IMG/VR virus record: IMGVR_UViG_2690315748_000001
Location: 1-60,651 of that record
From: a virus
Taxonomy: Duplodnaviria; Heunggongvirae; Uroviricota; Caudoviricetes
Reading direction: 5' to 3' (one strand)
Length of the DNA: 60,651 nt
In this document: piece by piece, positions 21,296-30,898 of the stretch
How the letters are laid out: each line of letters opens with the position of its first letter
How positions within the stretch are numbered: position 1 is the stretch's first letter
Position numbers and translations under genes: made by a program
The notes under the pieces: model-generated
The model's input: the letters and a program-made list of their open reading frames with translations, nothing else
Databases searched by the model: none
Told to the model about the DNA's origin: nothing

Positions 21296-21491
21296 CTTCC
21301 AGCTTGTCTTTCATGCTAACGGTGATAGACATTTCTTTGTCATCATACTCAGCTAGAATAGCCGCCAGATCATGAACTACTTCGTCACCTGTTTCTGCAT
21401 CAAGCACCTCAACAACCTTCATATCTTCAAGATTAAGATAACCTTTAACTGCGTGACTTAGTGTGCGTGTTGATTTAGGTTCTTTTGCCAT
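21288..21491 (-). CDS. YonK-family protein
   Basis: 67 aa, KGYLNLEDMKV...HDLAAILAEYDDKEMSITV pattern; synteny. Confidence 0.7.
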   Translation of the reverse strand: MAKEPKSTRTLSHAVKGYLNLEDMKVVEVLDAETGDEVVHDLAAILAEYDDKEMSITVSMKDKLEGE

Positions 21492-21577
21492 ATCAAAACA
21501 TCTCCTTTTAATCGGTTTAAAATATCTTTTAAATTGTTTAAAATTTTCTTTAAAGCTTTAAAACTCTTTTAAACTAT

Positions 21578-21718
21578 TTATTCAAACTCTTTCCTTTTTT
21601 CTAATCCCATGCTGTAGCCATGACGAAAACCTTCATTATATACATTTGCTTCATGAGCCTTTTCTGCATCTCTAATGTGCTTTGGCTTTTTTCGTTCCCT
21701 CTTAGATTTTTCCTTCAT
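21578..21718 (-). CDS. Small basic hypothetical protein (46 aa, not in ORF track)
   Basis: MKEKSKRERKKPKHIRDAEKAHEANVYNEGFRHGYSMGLEKRKEFE; RBS GGAGGTG upstream. Confidence 0.55.
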   Translation of the reverse strand: MKEKSKRERKKPKHIRDAEKAHEANVYNEGFRHGYSMGLEKRKEFE

Positions 21719-21755
21719 AAGAAGTCACCTCCATGGAATTGAATGACTATACAAC

Positions 21756-21792
21756 AAAAAGGGCAAGCCACTCATAAAGTGACTTGCCCTTT
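21756..21792 (-). terminator. Intrinsic terminator after HU gene
   Basis: GGGCAAG-CAC/GTG-CTTGCCC stem with T-run. Confidence 0.65.
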
Positions 21793-21802
21793 GTTTATTA
21801 AA

Positions 21803-22087
21803 TTAAGCCTTCACAGCGTTCTTGAGAGTCGCCTTCACGCTTGCATTAACTTTGCGAGTAGCTTCTTTTTGAACTTCATCGCCAGTCTTAGGATTGCGTA
21901 CTGTACGAGCGGCTACATCTTTCACCTTGAAGGATACAATACCAGTGAAATCAAGCTTTTCACCATCTGCTAAAGTAGGTACTACTACCAGAATGTGATC
22001 GAGAACCGCATTTACTTGCTCACGAGCTGCCTTAATAGAAACACCATTTTCCTCTGCGAACGAACGAACGAATTGATCTTTTGTCAT
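21803..22087 (-). CDS. hup: HU/IHF-family histone-like DNA-binding protein (YonN-like)
   Basis: MTKDQFVRSFAEENGVS...ARTVRNPKTG signature. Confidence 0.9.
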   Translation of the reverse strand: MTKDQFVRSFAEENGVSIKAAREQVNAVLDHILVVVPTLADGEKLDFTGIVSFKVKDVAARTVRNPKTGDEVQKEATRKVNASVKATLKNAVKA

Positions 22088-22146
22088 TTTCGAAACATCT
22101 CCTTTTATCTCATTAGATAATTTTTATTTTGAGCTTTAGATTACCA

Positions 22147-22160
22147 GTACTTTCTTCGGC
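22147..22160 (-). promoter_or_regulatory. GCCGAAGAAAGTAC box (perfect)
   Basis: Upstream of HU gene. Confidence 0.75.
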
Positions 22161-22205
22161 ATTCTTACACTCCTACATATCTAATAGAGATAAGAAAGAA
22201 GGGTT

Positions 22206-23315
22206 TTACACACTTTTGGCAACACTATCAATTTGGTACTTATCTTTTCTGCAATTTTTACAGATATTTCTCAATCCTGACTTCGATCTCTTATTAGGAC
22301 TGAAATACTTTTTCGTGGAAAGATAGTTATTTTTACAGCAGTTACAGGTTTTATACTCTCCACGAAGGGCATATGTATAAATCCAATCTTCACGCTGTTG
22401 CTTATATGTTTCGGTAATCATGCTTGGTATAGTTTCTCTCGTCATTTTACTCAATCGAGGTTTGGTCATTTTTATATCGTGCTTCTCTTTTAGGTCTTCA
22501 ATCATTTCGTCGTATGATTTGCCTTCCACTTTCCAAAGGAATATATCTTTTAGGTAATCTTTAAAGTCTGTCGCTTCAACTAACTCTTCGAATGCGAATA
22601 TGATGATCTTCATATATCCGAATGTGTCATCGTAGGAAGACTCTTTTAGATCAGCATAATCCTCAACGAGTACTCTCATCACTTCTACATCATCAAAGTT
22701 AATGTAAGAAAATCTATTGTAATCTGGTTCTGATTTGCTGATATTCTGGAATCGAATATAACCCTTTAACTCATTCTTTACAGCAATCTCGTCTTTTTGG
22801 ATATCTGTTCTAATCCATTTCAGTCTCTTGATTTCTGGAAGAGTTAACTTTCGACCATTTGTACCTATACCAGAATCAATCATTGAGGTAAGAAGTCTAA
22901 TGGACTCCCCTGTCTCAGCCAGTTCAGGATACCTCTCTCTATCTCTGCCATTCACTTTGATCTTAGGTGTCTTAATGATTGAGCGATTCGTCTCTTTCCG
23001 AACCTCTCTTACTTTCATCAGTTTTTCAATAGAAGCTTCCCTATTATTGTTTCTCTTTTGGCGGTAATCAGTAATCGTATCCTCACTAGCATCACTGTCT
23101 TTAGCATATAATAAGTAACTAGCGAGAGATTCAAGGTCTTTGGCAACCCTTGTGTTTTCACTCAGTAACCCAGTTTGACTAACATGAGGATTATAATGAT
23201 AATCGTAATATTCAACGAGCATTTCATCATTTTCCTCCACCAACTTTTTGACCAATTCCATTCTTTCTTCTATAGAAACAAGTGTGTAATCCAGACTGTC
23301 AGACAGTTTATTCAT
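22206..23315 (-). CDS. Putative transcription factor: sigma4-like HTH plus C-terminal Zn finger
   Basis: DIFLWKVEGKSYDEMIEDL...PRLSKM resembles region-4 HTH; C-terminal CNCC...CKNC. Confidence 0.45.
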   Translation of the reverse strand: MNKLSDSLDYTLVSIEERMELVKKLVEENDEMLVEYYDYHYNPHVSQTGLLSENTRVAKDLESLASYLLYAKDSDASEDTITDYRQKRNNNREASIEKLMKVREVRKETNRSIIKTPKIKVNGRDRERYPELAETGESIRLLTSMIDSGIGTNGRKLTLPEIKRLKWIRTDIQKDEIAVKNELKGYIRFQNISKSEPDYNRFSYINFDDVEVMRVLVEDYADLKESSYDDTFGYMKIIIFAFEELVEATDFKDYLKDIFLWKVEGKSYDEMIEDLKEKHDIKMTKPRLSKMTRETIPSMITETYKQQREDWIYTYALRGEYKTCNCCKNNYLSTKKYFSPNKRSKSGLRNICKNCRKDKYQIDSVAKSV

Positions 23316-23366
23316 ATATTAAGCACCCCTCTTGGTGTTGTATTATTCTCTACATTTATAATTATA

Positions 23367-23380
23367 GTACTTTCTTCGGC
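23367..23380 (-). promoter_or_regulatory. GCCGAAGAAAGTAC box (perfect) in SigA promoter spacer
   Basis: TTGCGG-gt-box-TATAAT on the minus strand. Confidence 0.8.
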
Positions 23381-23411
23381 ACCCGCAAACTCCCCTTAAA
23401 AAGTTTTTTAT

Positions 23412-23443
23412 AAAAGTAGCCACTCAAAAAGAGTGGCTACTTT
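23412..23443 (-). terminator. Intrinsic terminator after recD2
   Basis: Perfect 13-bp stem AAAGTAGCCACTC/GAGTGGCTACTTT. Confidence 0.7.
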
Positions 23444-23444
23444 C

Positions 23445-25697
23445 TTAGGCACTTTTGAGTAATTCAGGTAAGAATGTTTTCCGCTTGGTAGACTTGTTTG
23501 TGTCAACAGAATGTTGTAACGCTTTAAGTTCGATAGGCATGAACAGGAACTTACTTGCTCTTGTCATGGCTGTATAGGTCAACTGGCGATTCAGAAGCAC
23601 ATAGGATGAGTAGTCCATTGCAAACACCACATACTTCCATTGACTACCTTGGCTTTTGTGTACTGTAATCGCGTATGCGAGGTCTAGCTTGCTCATCTCT
23701 GACTTCGTGAATCTAATGTCGCCTACGCCTTCAAAGTCAATCACAATCTCTCCAGACGCTTCTCCATCTTGAATGAACGCTGTGTCAATATATTTAATGA
23801 TACCAATCGTTCCATTAAACACACCCTTGTCATAGTTGTTACCATTAAGAATGACCTTATCTCCTTCAAGGAAGGTAACATTTTTTCTCTCAACTTTATT
23901 TCGAGAGTCTACATCATCGGGGTCTTGATTAAATAGCTTCTGACAAGCTTCATTAATATTCTTTGCGCAGTTTATTCCTCTGGTCTTCATCGGAACAATG
24001 ATCTGGAAGTCGAGAATATCGCCATTAAATTTCTTGGCAATCGCCATAACTCTCTTAAATACATCTTCATCATTATCATATGCATATGTCCACAAGTCTT
24101 TTAGTTCTCCAAGTTTCTTGTGACCATAGTCAGAGTTAGAGAGGAACTTCTTCCCTTCTCTCACCAAATTCGCACAAGACAAGATACCAGACTTTTGCGC
24201 CTGACGATGAACGATTGTAAGTTCAACCTTTGGAACTTTATTGCTTGCCAGCAGATCAACGAGTACATTACCAACTCCAATTGGTTCAAGCTGTGCGGTA
24301 TCTCCAGTAATGATTAGCTTCGCCCCATCTTTAATCGCTCTCACTACATAGAAGAATAGTTCAGAGTTGACCATAGACGCTTCATCGAGGATGATTATAT
24401 CTTTAGGTAGATGATTAAATTCATCAAATGTCCACCCAAGTTTAGGATGATATCCATAGAGCCTGTGTATTGTGTATGAGTCTAGTCCAGTAGATTCTTG
24501 GATTCTCTGACTTGCTTTTCCTGACAGAGCGCATGTAGCATACTCTAAACCCTGTATCGACCTCAGCACTTCAACAATACCTTTGATTACAGATGTTTTA
24601 CCTGTACCAGCCTTACCATTTACGATCAGAATATTATGCTCAACAGCATAATTGATTGCTTGCTTCTGCTCTGCTGTGAATGGGAAACCTTGTTTCTTTT
24701 CTACATTTGCTATAATCTCTTCCAAGCCCTCAATCTTATGTTCGAACTTGGCTCCAAGAATACGGACAACATTATCTTTAATCTTCGATTCATACTTATA
24801 GTATTCTCTCATATAGATCATGTTGTCATCTTCTGCAATCATGTATTTCTGTGCCACAGCTTCTTCCAGCAGAGCATCTTTAATGCCATTAATACTTAAT
24901 CCTAATAACTTAATGGATTCGTTGATTAATGTGGTTAACTTCATCCATGAATGACCATTGCCAGCTTCTTCGTTAAGAACATATTCAGCACATGAAGTGA
25001 TTCTATGTTTCGATTCCTTTGACACCCCCATGTTTAGAGCCATCTCATCAACCTTCTTAAATCCAAACCCTTCAACCTCAGTCAAGATGTAAGGGTTTTT
25101 GCTGATCTTATCTATAAGAAGATCAGGGGAGCCGTACTTGTCCGAAAGACGCTTCACGGCGCTGTATGGAATGCCATACTCACCAGTAAGCTTTATAATT
25201 GCCCTCTGGTACTTCTCATTCTCTATGATCTTCTCTTTGATCTTTGCTAGTGTGGTGTCTCCTATACCCTTTACTATACTCAGATCAAGTTTATCATCCT
25301 TGATTAGATCAATGAGATTGGCATCTGGATAAGCATACGTTAGAGCTTTCACTTGAAACTCACTTAATATAGTAGAAAGGAATGTTACCTGTTCTTCTAA
25401 TGTAGTGAATTGTTTCATATAGATCAGACCGACTTCGTAACCTACTCCGAACTTAGGGTCTTTCTTTCTGGAAACCTTAGCTGTGTAGGTCTTCCCTATC
25501 TGCAAGTCAGGCATGTTTCCTTTTAGAGTTATATTCCCATATGAATTTTGTTCTACTAAATCCCAATTTCCCGTCTCCACTACGTTCACCGCAAATATGC
25601 CGAAATCATTATATTCAGCAAACGGTTTAGGATAGACACGCCGTTCAGGAACGACGACTATCTCAAACTGTTCATCAGACATAAAAAACCTCCCCAA
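23445..25697 (-). CDS. recD2: RecD2-like SF1B helicase
   Basis: N-terminal OB/HhH region, Walker A GKAGTGKT, DEASMV, GDTAQL, YAITVHKSQG, YTAMTRA. Confidence 0.92.
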   Translation of the reverse strand: MGRFFMSDEQFEIVVVPERRVYPKPFAEYNDFGIFAVNVVETGNWDLVEQNSYGNITLKGNMPDLQIGKTYTAKVSRKKDPKFGVGYEVGLIYMKQFTTLEEQVTFLSTILSEFQVKALTYAYPDANLIDLIKDDKLDLSIVKGIGDTTLAKIKEKIIENEKYQRAIIKLTGEYGIPYSAVKRLSDKYGSPDLLIDKISKNPYILTEVEGFGFKKVDEMALNMGVSKESKHRITSCAEYVLNEEAGNGHSWMKLTTLINESIKLLGLSINGIKDALLEEAVAQKYMIAEDDNMIYMREYYKYESKIKDNVVRILGAKFEHKIEGLEEIIANVEKKQGFPFTAEQKQAINYAVEHNILIVNGKAGTGKTSVIKGIVEVLRSIQGLEYATCALSGKASQRIQESTGLDSYTIHRLYGYHPKLGWTFDEFNHLPKDIIILDEASMVNSELFFYVVRAIKDGAKLIITGDTAQLEPIGVGNVLVDLLASNKVPKVELTIVHRQAQKSGILSCANLVREGKKFLSNSDYGHKKLGELKDLWTYAYDNDEDVFKRVMAIAKKFNGDILDFQIIVPMKTRGINCAKNINEACQKLFNQDPDDVDSRNKVERKNVTFLEGDKVILNGNNYDKGVFNGTIGIIKYIDTAFIQDGEASGEIVIDFEGVGDIRFTKSEMSKLDLAYAITVHKSQGSQWKYVVFAMDYSSYVLLNRQLTYTAMTRASKFLFMPIELKALQHSVDTNKSTKRKTFLPELLKSA

Positions 25698-25718
25698 ATA
25701 TTCTTTAATATTATTATA

Positions 25719-25732
25719 GTACTTTCTTCGGC
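25719..25732 (-). promoter_or_regulatory. GCCGAAGAAAGTAC box (perfect) in SigA promoter spacer of recD2
   Basis: TTGCAA-gga-box-TATAAT, spacer exactly 17 nt. Confidence 0.85.
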
Positions 25733-25891
25733 TCCTTGCAATATTTAATAAACTTCAAGAGTGTCCAAAACCGTCCATTTGTTTAAAATAGTTTAAAACA
25801 TTTAAAATAGTTTTATATGTTTTAAAGTTTTTTGTTGACTCCTAAAATTGGAAATGATATATTGTTCACATAACAGTTATGTGAAACGGAG

Positions 25892-26941
25892 ATGATACAA
25901 ATGAGTAACTTGGCACTAGCAACAGTTGATAACGTAGCATATACATATGATCATAAATTTGTTTCTTTTTTCAAGGAGTACATCAAAGGTCAACGATCAG
26001 TAAACACAGCCGACAACTATAGAAGAAGCATCAAGCAGTTCTTCGAATTTACTTTCAAAAAAGAAATGGATTATGTACGTTTGAGTGATATTGAAACTTT
26101 GACAAGTCTGGAAGCTTTCACATATCACAATCATTTAAAAGAACAAGGATTAAAGAATGCATCTATTAAAGCTAAAATTGAAGCGGTTGGAAGTTTCTTG
26201 GATGCTCTGAAAGTAGACTATCAACATATCAACAACAATATCTTTGACAACTTGAAATTGGATAGCGCTGATTTAGATCGGAATGGATATGGCAACTTGG
26301 AATGGGATGAAGCGTTTATCTTTATCGAATACGCTCATATTGAACAAATGGAAGGAAATCAGATGGCTATGCTTTTAAAGCTGGCTTGCATCTCTTCTAT
26401 TCGATTGGAAGCCCTGCTCTCTCTGACTTGGGAAGATTTTCGAGTGAAAAACGAAAAAGGTGTAGTGGTTAATTACATTGATAAGGTCGATAAACAAACC
26501 AGACACAAAACTCCTGTATCTGATAAGTTGTATAATGAGTTGAGAGAAATGCTTGGTACGGAAGGTAAACTGTTCCCGAACCTGTATAAACACAAAGTAG
26601 GAAAGTTTTTGAAAGAGATTTTGGCTTACTTTGAAATTGACCCAAAAAGAAACATTAAATTTCATAGTTTTAAGAAGTGCGGTGTAAATAGAGTATTGGA
26701 GCAAACAGGTGATCTGACGAAGGCTCAGATTCAAGGAAAGCATAAATCTATCATCACTACACAGAACAGCTATGTAGCACTTAAAGATGATCTTACGTTA
26801 AAGCCTTCCTACACATTGGACAACGATGCAAATGTTATTGATGAAATTAAAGACTTATCTCATGAACAATTAATCATGGCAATATCTCAGATGAGTAATA
26901 GCGCACAGCATGAATTACTAAGAATTATCAATAAAGGGTAG
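25892..26941 (+). CDS. Tyrosine recombinase (possible dimer resolvase)
   Basis: SAM-like N-domain, SSIRLEALL, FHSFKK (HxxK variant), GKHKS, terminal Y; SigA promoter TTGACT(25835)-17-TATATT. Confidence 0.8.
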   Translation: MIQMSNLALATVDNVAYTYDHKFVSFFKEYIKGQRSVNTADNYRRSIKQFFEFTFKKEMDYVRLSDIETLTSLEAFTYHNHLKEQGLKNASIKAKIEAVGSFLDALKVDYQHINNNIFDNLKLDSADLDRNGYGNLEWDEAFIFIEYAHIEQMEGNQMAMLLKLACISSIRLEALLSLTWEDFRVKNEKGVVVNYIDKVDKQTRHKTPVSDKLYNELREMLGTEGKLFPNLYKHKVGKFLKEILAYFEIDPKRNIKFHSFKKCGVNRVLEQTGDLTKAQIQGKHKSIITTQNSYVALKDDLTLKPSYTLDNDANVIDEIKDLSHEQLIMAISQMSNSAQHELLRIINKG

Positions 26942-26958
26942 CCAAGCGGCTACCCTTT
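26933..26958 (+). terminator. Intrinsic terminator
   Basis: AAAGGGTAGCC/GGCTACCCTTT stem. Confidence 0.7.
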
Positions 26959-26967
26959 AAAAGTGAA

Positions 26968-27096
26968 AAACCTAAAAGTAACAAATTTCGCACCCTTTAT
27001 AATTTGATAGTATATTTATATTATATAATCTATAATATATATTAATATATATTAATTCTATTTATAAAGGCGGCAGAATTTGTTACTTTTAGGTTT
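26968..27096. other. Origin-like element: ~35-bp inverted repeat around an AT-rich core
   Basis: Arms share 20 perfect bp (AAACCTAAAAGTAACAAATT); core contains the palindrome AATATATATTAATATATATT at 27034-27053. Confidence 0.55.
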
Positions 27097-27290
27097 ATAG
27101 TAATATTTGGGATATTCAATGGAACTAAAGAAAGTACCGTACATCAATTCTAAGGCATTTTATGGCTCGTATAAGCGATTTTTGTTCTCACCCCTCCAAT
27201 GACTACACTTGCGTCCTCCGAGAGCGTACACACCAAATTCCGTTTGTCTGGTAGCCTGTTAACACATACCCAACTTCATGGTTTCTCAAA

Positions 27291-28046
27291 TCACACTGAA
27301 TATAATTTTTGAGTCTTGTTGTTCAATGTCACCTTTGTACTTTGAATTAAAGCTAATTGTTCAAGTCTTATCATATATGATTGGATGGTTCTTTCACTGC
27401 AACCTACCATTTTGGCAAGTTCCTCGTTTGTGATTCTGTATTTTGAGAACTTATCGCACATCATACTAATGTATCCAAACAAATATAATCCAACATGTCC
27501 AAGCTTCCCATCGTTCACAATGGTAATGAACTGATTCACATCAATCTTATGTGTATTCTGAAACGAATAGAATGTCCCTGTATAGTCTTCCCCATCAAAT
27601 CTCGCCATTCCTTTGATTGGTTCCTTGACGCAAAATCGTGGACTATGATTGATTTCTAGGTCAGGTATCTTCTTTCTCAATTCCTTTATAAGACCAAACT
27701 CCAAAATGCCATCATGCATATAATAAGCTACTGGATAATCAGTCGTTGTCTTTGTGTAGTTCATTTCATCCAATATCCCATCGGATTTTGTGATGTAAGA
27801 CACAGATGATTTATTCGTTGTAAAAACCTTTATTATATTTTGTTGGCTGTACTGCTCTGTCTTACCATCCCCATACAGAGTGTTTCTGTAAATATAGCAA
27901 GTCAGATAATAGTAAGCATATGCAAAGCACTTGTGGTTAAAACTTTTGAAATCCGCTTTAGCCAAGTCTTCGAATATTTCATTCGGCATCTGGACATTAA
28001 CGCATTCACCAACATTGAGCCATGATTCCAAAGCAACTTTGTCCAT
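27291..28046 (-). CDS. HTH protein, candidate replication initiator
   Basis: C-terminal wHTH ITNEELAKMVGCSERTIQSYMIRLEQLALI; the CCTAAAAGTAACA box occurs in its promoter and in the adjacent inverted repeat. Confidence 0.5.
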   Translation of the reverse strand: MDKVALESWLNVGECVNVQMPNEIFEDLAKADFKSFNHKCFAYAYYYLTCYIYRNTLYGDGKTEQYSQQNIIKVFTTNKSSVSYITKSDGILDEMNYTKTTTDYPVAYYMHDGILEFGLIKELRKKIPDLEINHSPRFCVKEPIKGMARFDGEDYTGTFYSFQNTHKIDVNQFITIVNDGKLGHVGLYLFGYISMMCDKFSKYRITNEELAKMVGCSERTIQSYMIRLEQLALIQSTKVTLNNKTQKLYSV

Positions 28047-28130
28047 GCCACTCCCCCATTCTTAGTAAATATAAATAGTACTTTATTCAGCACTTATAGT
28101 CAATCCTAAAAGTAACATATTTTTCTCTTA

Positions 28131-28272
28131 TTTAAAACCTTTAAGTCATTTTAAACCTTTAAAACCTTTAAGTCATTTTAAAGATTTGAAATATTTTTAA
28201 CCGTTTCAAAGCTTTAATACATTTAAAACATTTGCAGCTTCTGTCGAACTTTGAACTGTTTTAAATGTTTAA
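28131..28272. repeat. Phased TTTAAA array, parC-like centromere candidate
   Basis: Includes a 25-bp direct repeat TTTAAAACCTTTAAGTCATTTTAAA at 28131 and 28158; abuts the parM promoter TTGCCA(28279)-17-TAACAT. Confidence 0.6.
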
Positions 28273-28361
28273 AAGGTATTGCCAAGCAATGGTTACTGTG
28301 GTAACATGCTAAACAGATAGATTAATCATACAAAGCTGAATACAAGAAAGGATGAACATGC

Positions 28362-29336
28362 ATGGCACAACAAGCAGTTAGAAAAAAGAGCGAGCCAAAA
28401 CAACCTGTCGAACCAGTAAACATTATCGTGGAGGAAGCAGAACCTTCAATTGGAATCATTGCAGTTGATAATGGAGGGTTTAACACTAAGATTCTTACAC
28501 AAGACATGGACAAACCTGTCATTATGTCAAGCAAAAAGGGATTTGGTAGCAGTTATGACCCTTTTGGCACTGCGAAATATCCTGATGGTACATACAGAGT
28601 GTCTTGGAATAACAAAACCTACTTTTTCGGATTGTTACTGAATAGTACAAGAAGACATTTATCCAGTTTCACTCCAACTAAATCCACTGACTACTTCGTT
28701 TTGTCTATTCTAATGGGAACTGCTCTTTATGGATATGATATTAACTATCTCATCACCACTACTCCATACTCTCGCTATAGTGAAGAAGAAATGAGTTTGA
28801 TCATTGGTAGACTGATAGGCGATCATGAGATTAATATTAATGGCTCTATTTATAAATTCAAAATCGAAGAGTGCTATGTAGCTCCAGAAGCCATTATTGC
28901 TAGTTATGCTATTAAACCTTGGGGAAAACACAGATGGGTTGATTTAGGTAGCAGAACTGTTGGATTCGGAACCACATTTGGAGATCAAGATACTGGATTC
29001 TTCTACCCTATTTGGGATGAATGCGACACTATCGAAAAAGAAGGATTGGACATTAGAAGTGTCTTAGATAAAGAACAGGATGAATTAAAAGAATACGTTA
29101 AGGAATATATCGAGAACATTTACAATGAACTCAGTCCTTTCTTTGATGATAACGACCCAATGACGATCTTCGGCGGCGGTGCATTAGTGCCAGAGATTGC
29201 AGAAGAGATGAAAGTGCGTTTTCCTAATATGGATGTCGCAGAAGACCCACTTACTATTCAGGTTCGCGGTTTGATGGAGTATGCATTAACATCAGATGTG
29301 TATGGAAGTGATGAAGAATATGTCGAAGAAGAATAG
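28362..29336 (+). CDS. ParM/StbA/Alp-family actin-like ATPase
   Basis: Phosphate-1 AVDNGGFNTK, phosphate-2 WVDLGSRT, adenosine IFGGGA. Confidence 0.85.
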   Translation: MAQQAVRKKSEPKQPVEPVNIIVEEAEPSIGIIAVDNGGFNTKILTQDMDKPVIMSSKKGFGSSYDPFGTAKYPDGTYRVSWNNKTYFFGLLLNSTRRHLSSFTPTKSTDYFVLSILMGTALYGYDINYLITTTPYSRYSEEEMSLIIGRLIGDHEININGSIYKFKIEECYVAPEAIIASYAIKPWGKHRWVDLGSRTVGFGTTFGDQDTGFFYPIWDECDTIEKEGLDIRSVLDKEQDELKEYVKEYIENIYNELSPFFDDNDPMTIFGGGALVPEIAEEMKVRFPNMDVAEDPLTIQVRGLMEYALTSDVYGSDEEYVEEE

Positions 29337-29883
29337 TAGAAGAGAGAAATGGAGAAACATTACCCTTAACCAATCTAATATTGATGAGTACCTTCTCGAT
29401 CTGATCGAAGACACCAAAGGTCAATACATCACGCAAGGAGTCTCCTTTAACAAGGATGACTCGTTGCAGATGGGGTTATTGAAACAATCCATTCTCGATC
29501 ATAGTTCTTTTAGTGGATTAGTTAAACATTTGTTGACCATATACTTCTCTGGTCAGCCTATACAGTCTCCCAACTCTAGTTCTCACTTTCCAATTTCTTT
29601 CCATCGTACTCGCGATATTCAGACACAAAATGAGGTTGTAGAATCCACACCTGATCACAAGGAAGTTTCAGCGATGCCTACTACTCCGAAGATCAATCCT
29701 GCGTCTGTAGTAGCAGCGACTAGAAAGAGTTTGAGTAGTCCATCAGTTGAGATAAAGGTGGATAATACTCCAAAACAACAAAGACAACCTGCGAAACGAA
29801 TTGCTCCAAAGCGACCTTCTGGTGGTGGTTTTTTGCAAGCCAATCCAAATGCAAAACTACCAACAGACCCCTCCGCTAATTAA
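29320..29883 (+). CDS. ParR-like DNA-binding adaptor
   Basis: Overlaps the parM stop; VSFN-x-DD...LL...FSGLVKHLL pattern resembles adaptors next to Bacillus actin-like proteins; low-complexity C-tail; ATG at 29320 preferred. Confidence 0.6.
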   Translation: MSKKNSRREKWRNITLNQSNIDEYLLDLIEDTKGQYITQGVSFNKDDSLQMGLLKQSILDHSSFSGLVKHLLTIYFSGQPIQSPNSSSHFPISFHRTRDIQTQNEVVESTPDHKEVSAMPTTPKINPASVVAATRKSLSSPSVEIKVDNTPKQQRQPAKRIAPKRPSGGGFLQANPNAKLPTDPSAN

Positions 29884-29896
29884 GTGGAGGGATTAT

Positions 29897-29980
29897 TTTT
29901 TAAACCGTACCTTTTAAACGTTTAAAATAGTTTAAAAGTATTTAAAACCTTTTATAATGTTTAAAGATATTTTAAAAGAA
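29897..29980. repeat. Phased TTTAAA array downstream of parR
   Basis: TTTAAA units at roughly 10-bp period. Confidence 0.55.
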
Positions 29981-30182
29981 AAAGTATTTTTTCTTGCATA
30001 TTTACACCATTTTGATGATGTGCTACAGTTAAAAGTATATAAAAGACTAAAAATTACATGTTTTCGGCACTAGAATTGCACCGTCTATTCTGGTGTCATG
30101 TTGACCTTGTGGTTATTTAGCAATGATCGCACCTTTAAAACAGTTTGAAACATTTAAAACCTTTTAAAATCGAGGTGGTTGC

Positions 30183-30677
30183 ATGGGAGATATAATCCAC
30201 GTTCCACATGAGTTATCCTTTATTCTTTATAGCGGCATAGGAGATAGGATTGAAAAGCTTATAAAAGCACATGAAGGCGGCTATTGGAGCGATAATACTT
30301 CTCAGTCCTATTTAGGTCTGCGCGTTGCACTAGATTGGTACACGGAAAATTGCGTTCTATCGTCCTATCATTTAGAGGAAAGATATAAAAAGTTATCAGA
30401 AGCCATAGAGGGCAAGTACTTTCTTTATGATTACTACAAAAATTACAGATTCACTTTGCGATACGATCTAGGTGGTATTACAAAAGAAGAAAAGAACCGC
30501 CTTGTATCCATAAAATCACTGCCAAAGAAAGCAGAAGAAGGATTAGTATTTAAATTCGATGGACTCCATGTGCGTATAGTGAATGTCTACCCTAATATAG
30601 ACGAAGATTATGGATCATTCATTGCAGAGTCATTGACTATTACCGAGTTGTTAAAAATGCGGAAAGGAGAAAATTAG
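30183..30677 (+). CDS. Hypothetical protein
   Basis: 164 aa, RBS GAGGTGG; short TTTAAA array just upstream (about 30133-30170). Confidence 0.65.
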   Translation: MGDIIHVPHELSFILYSGIGDRIEKLIKAHEGGYWSDNTSQSYLGLRVALDWYTENCVLSSYHLEERYKKLSEAIEGKYFLYDYYKNYRFTLRYDLGGITKEEKNRLVSIKSLPKKAEEGLVFKFDGLHVRIVNVYPNIDEDYGSFIAESLTITELLKMRKGEN

Positions 30678-30898
30678 GCAAAAAAATACTCCCATCGTAT
30701 TACCAGTACGATAGGAGCATCCAAGTAGGTAAAGCAAAGGGTCGTCCAACCCATATTAAATACGATAAATCACACAAAGCTACGAAAGGTTTAATTTGTT
30801 TTAAAAACCTATGCGATAGCCTTATTAAGCTATCTCTAATTATAGCAGACTGTGATAAAAATGCAATACCTTTGAGAAAGAATTTAGGTAAATTTTTC

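Noticed and set aside
956-25332. Numerous + strand ORFs of 60-300 aa in the left arm (e.g. 12591-13505, 14418-15140, 20180-20833)
   Set aside because: Antisense shadows of well-supported minus-strand genes; no RBS and no protein-like composition
25892-27096. N15-type protelomerase with telRL site
   Set aside because: At 349 aa the protein is much shorter than known phage protelomerases and the site is not one continuous long palindrome; kept only as an alternative in the origin finding
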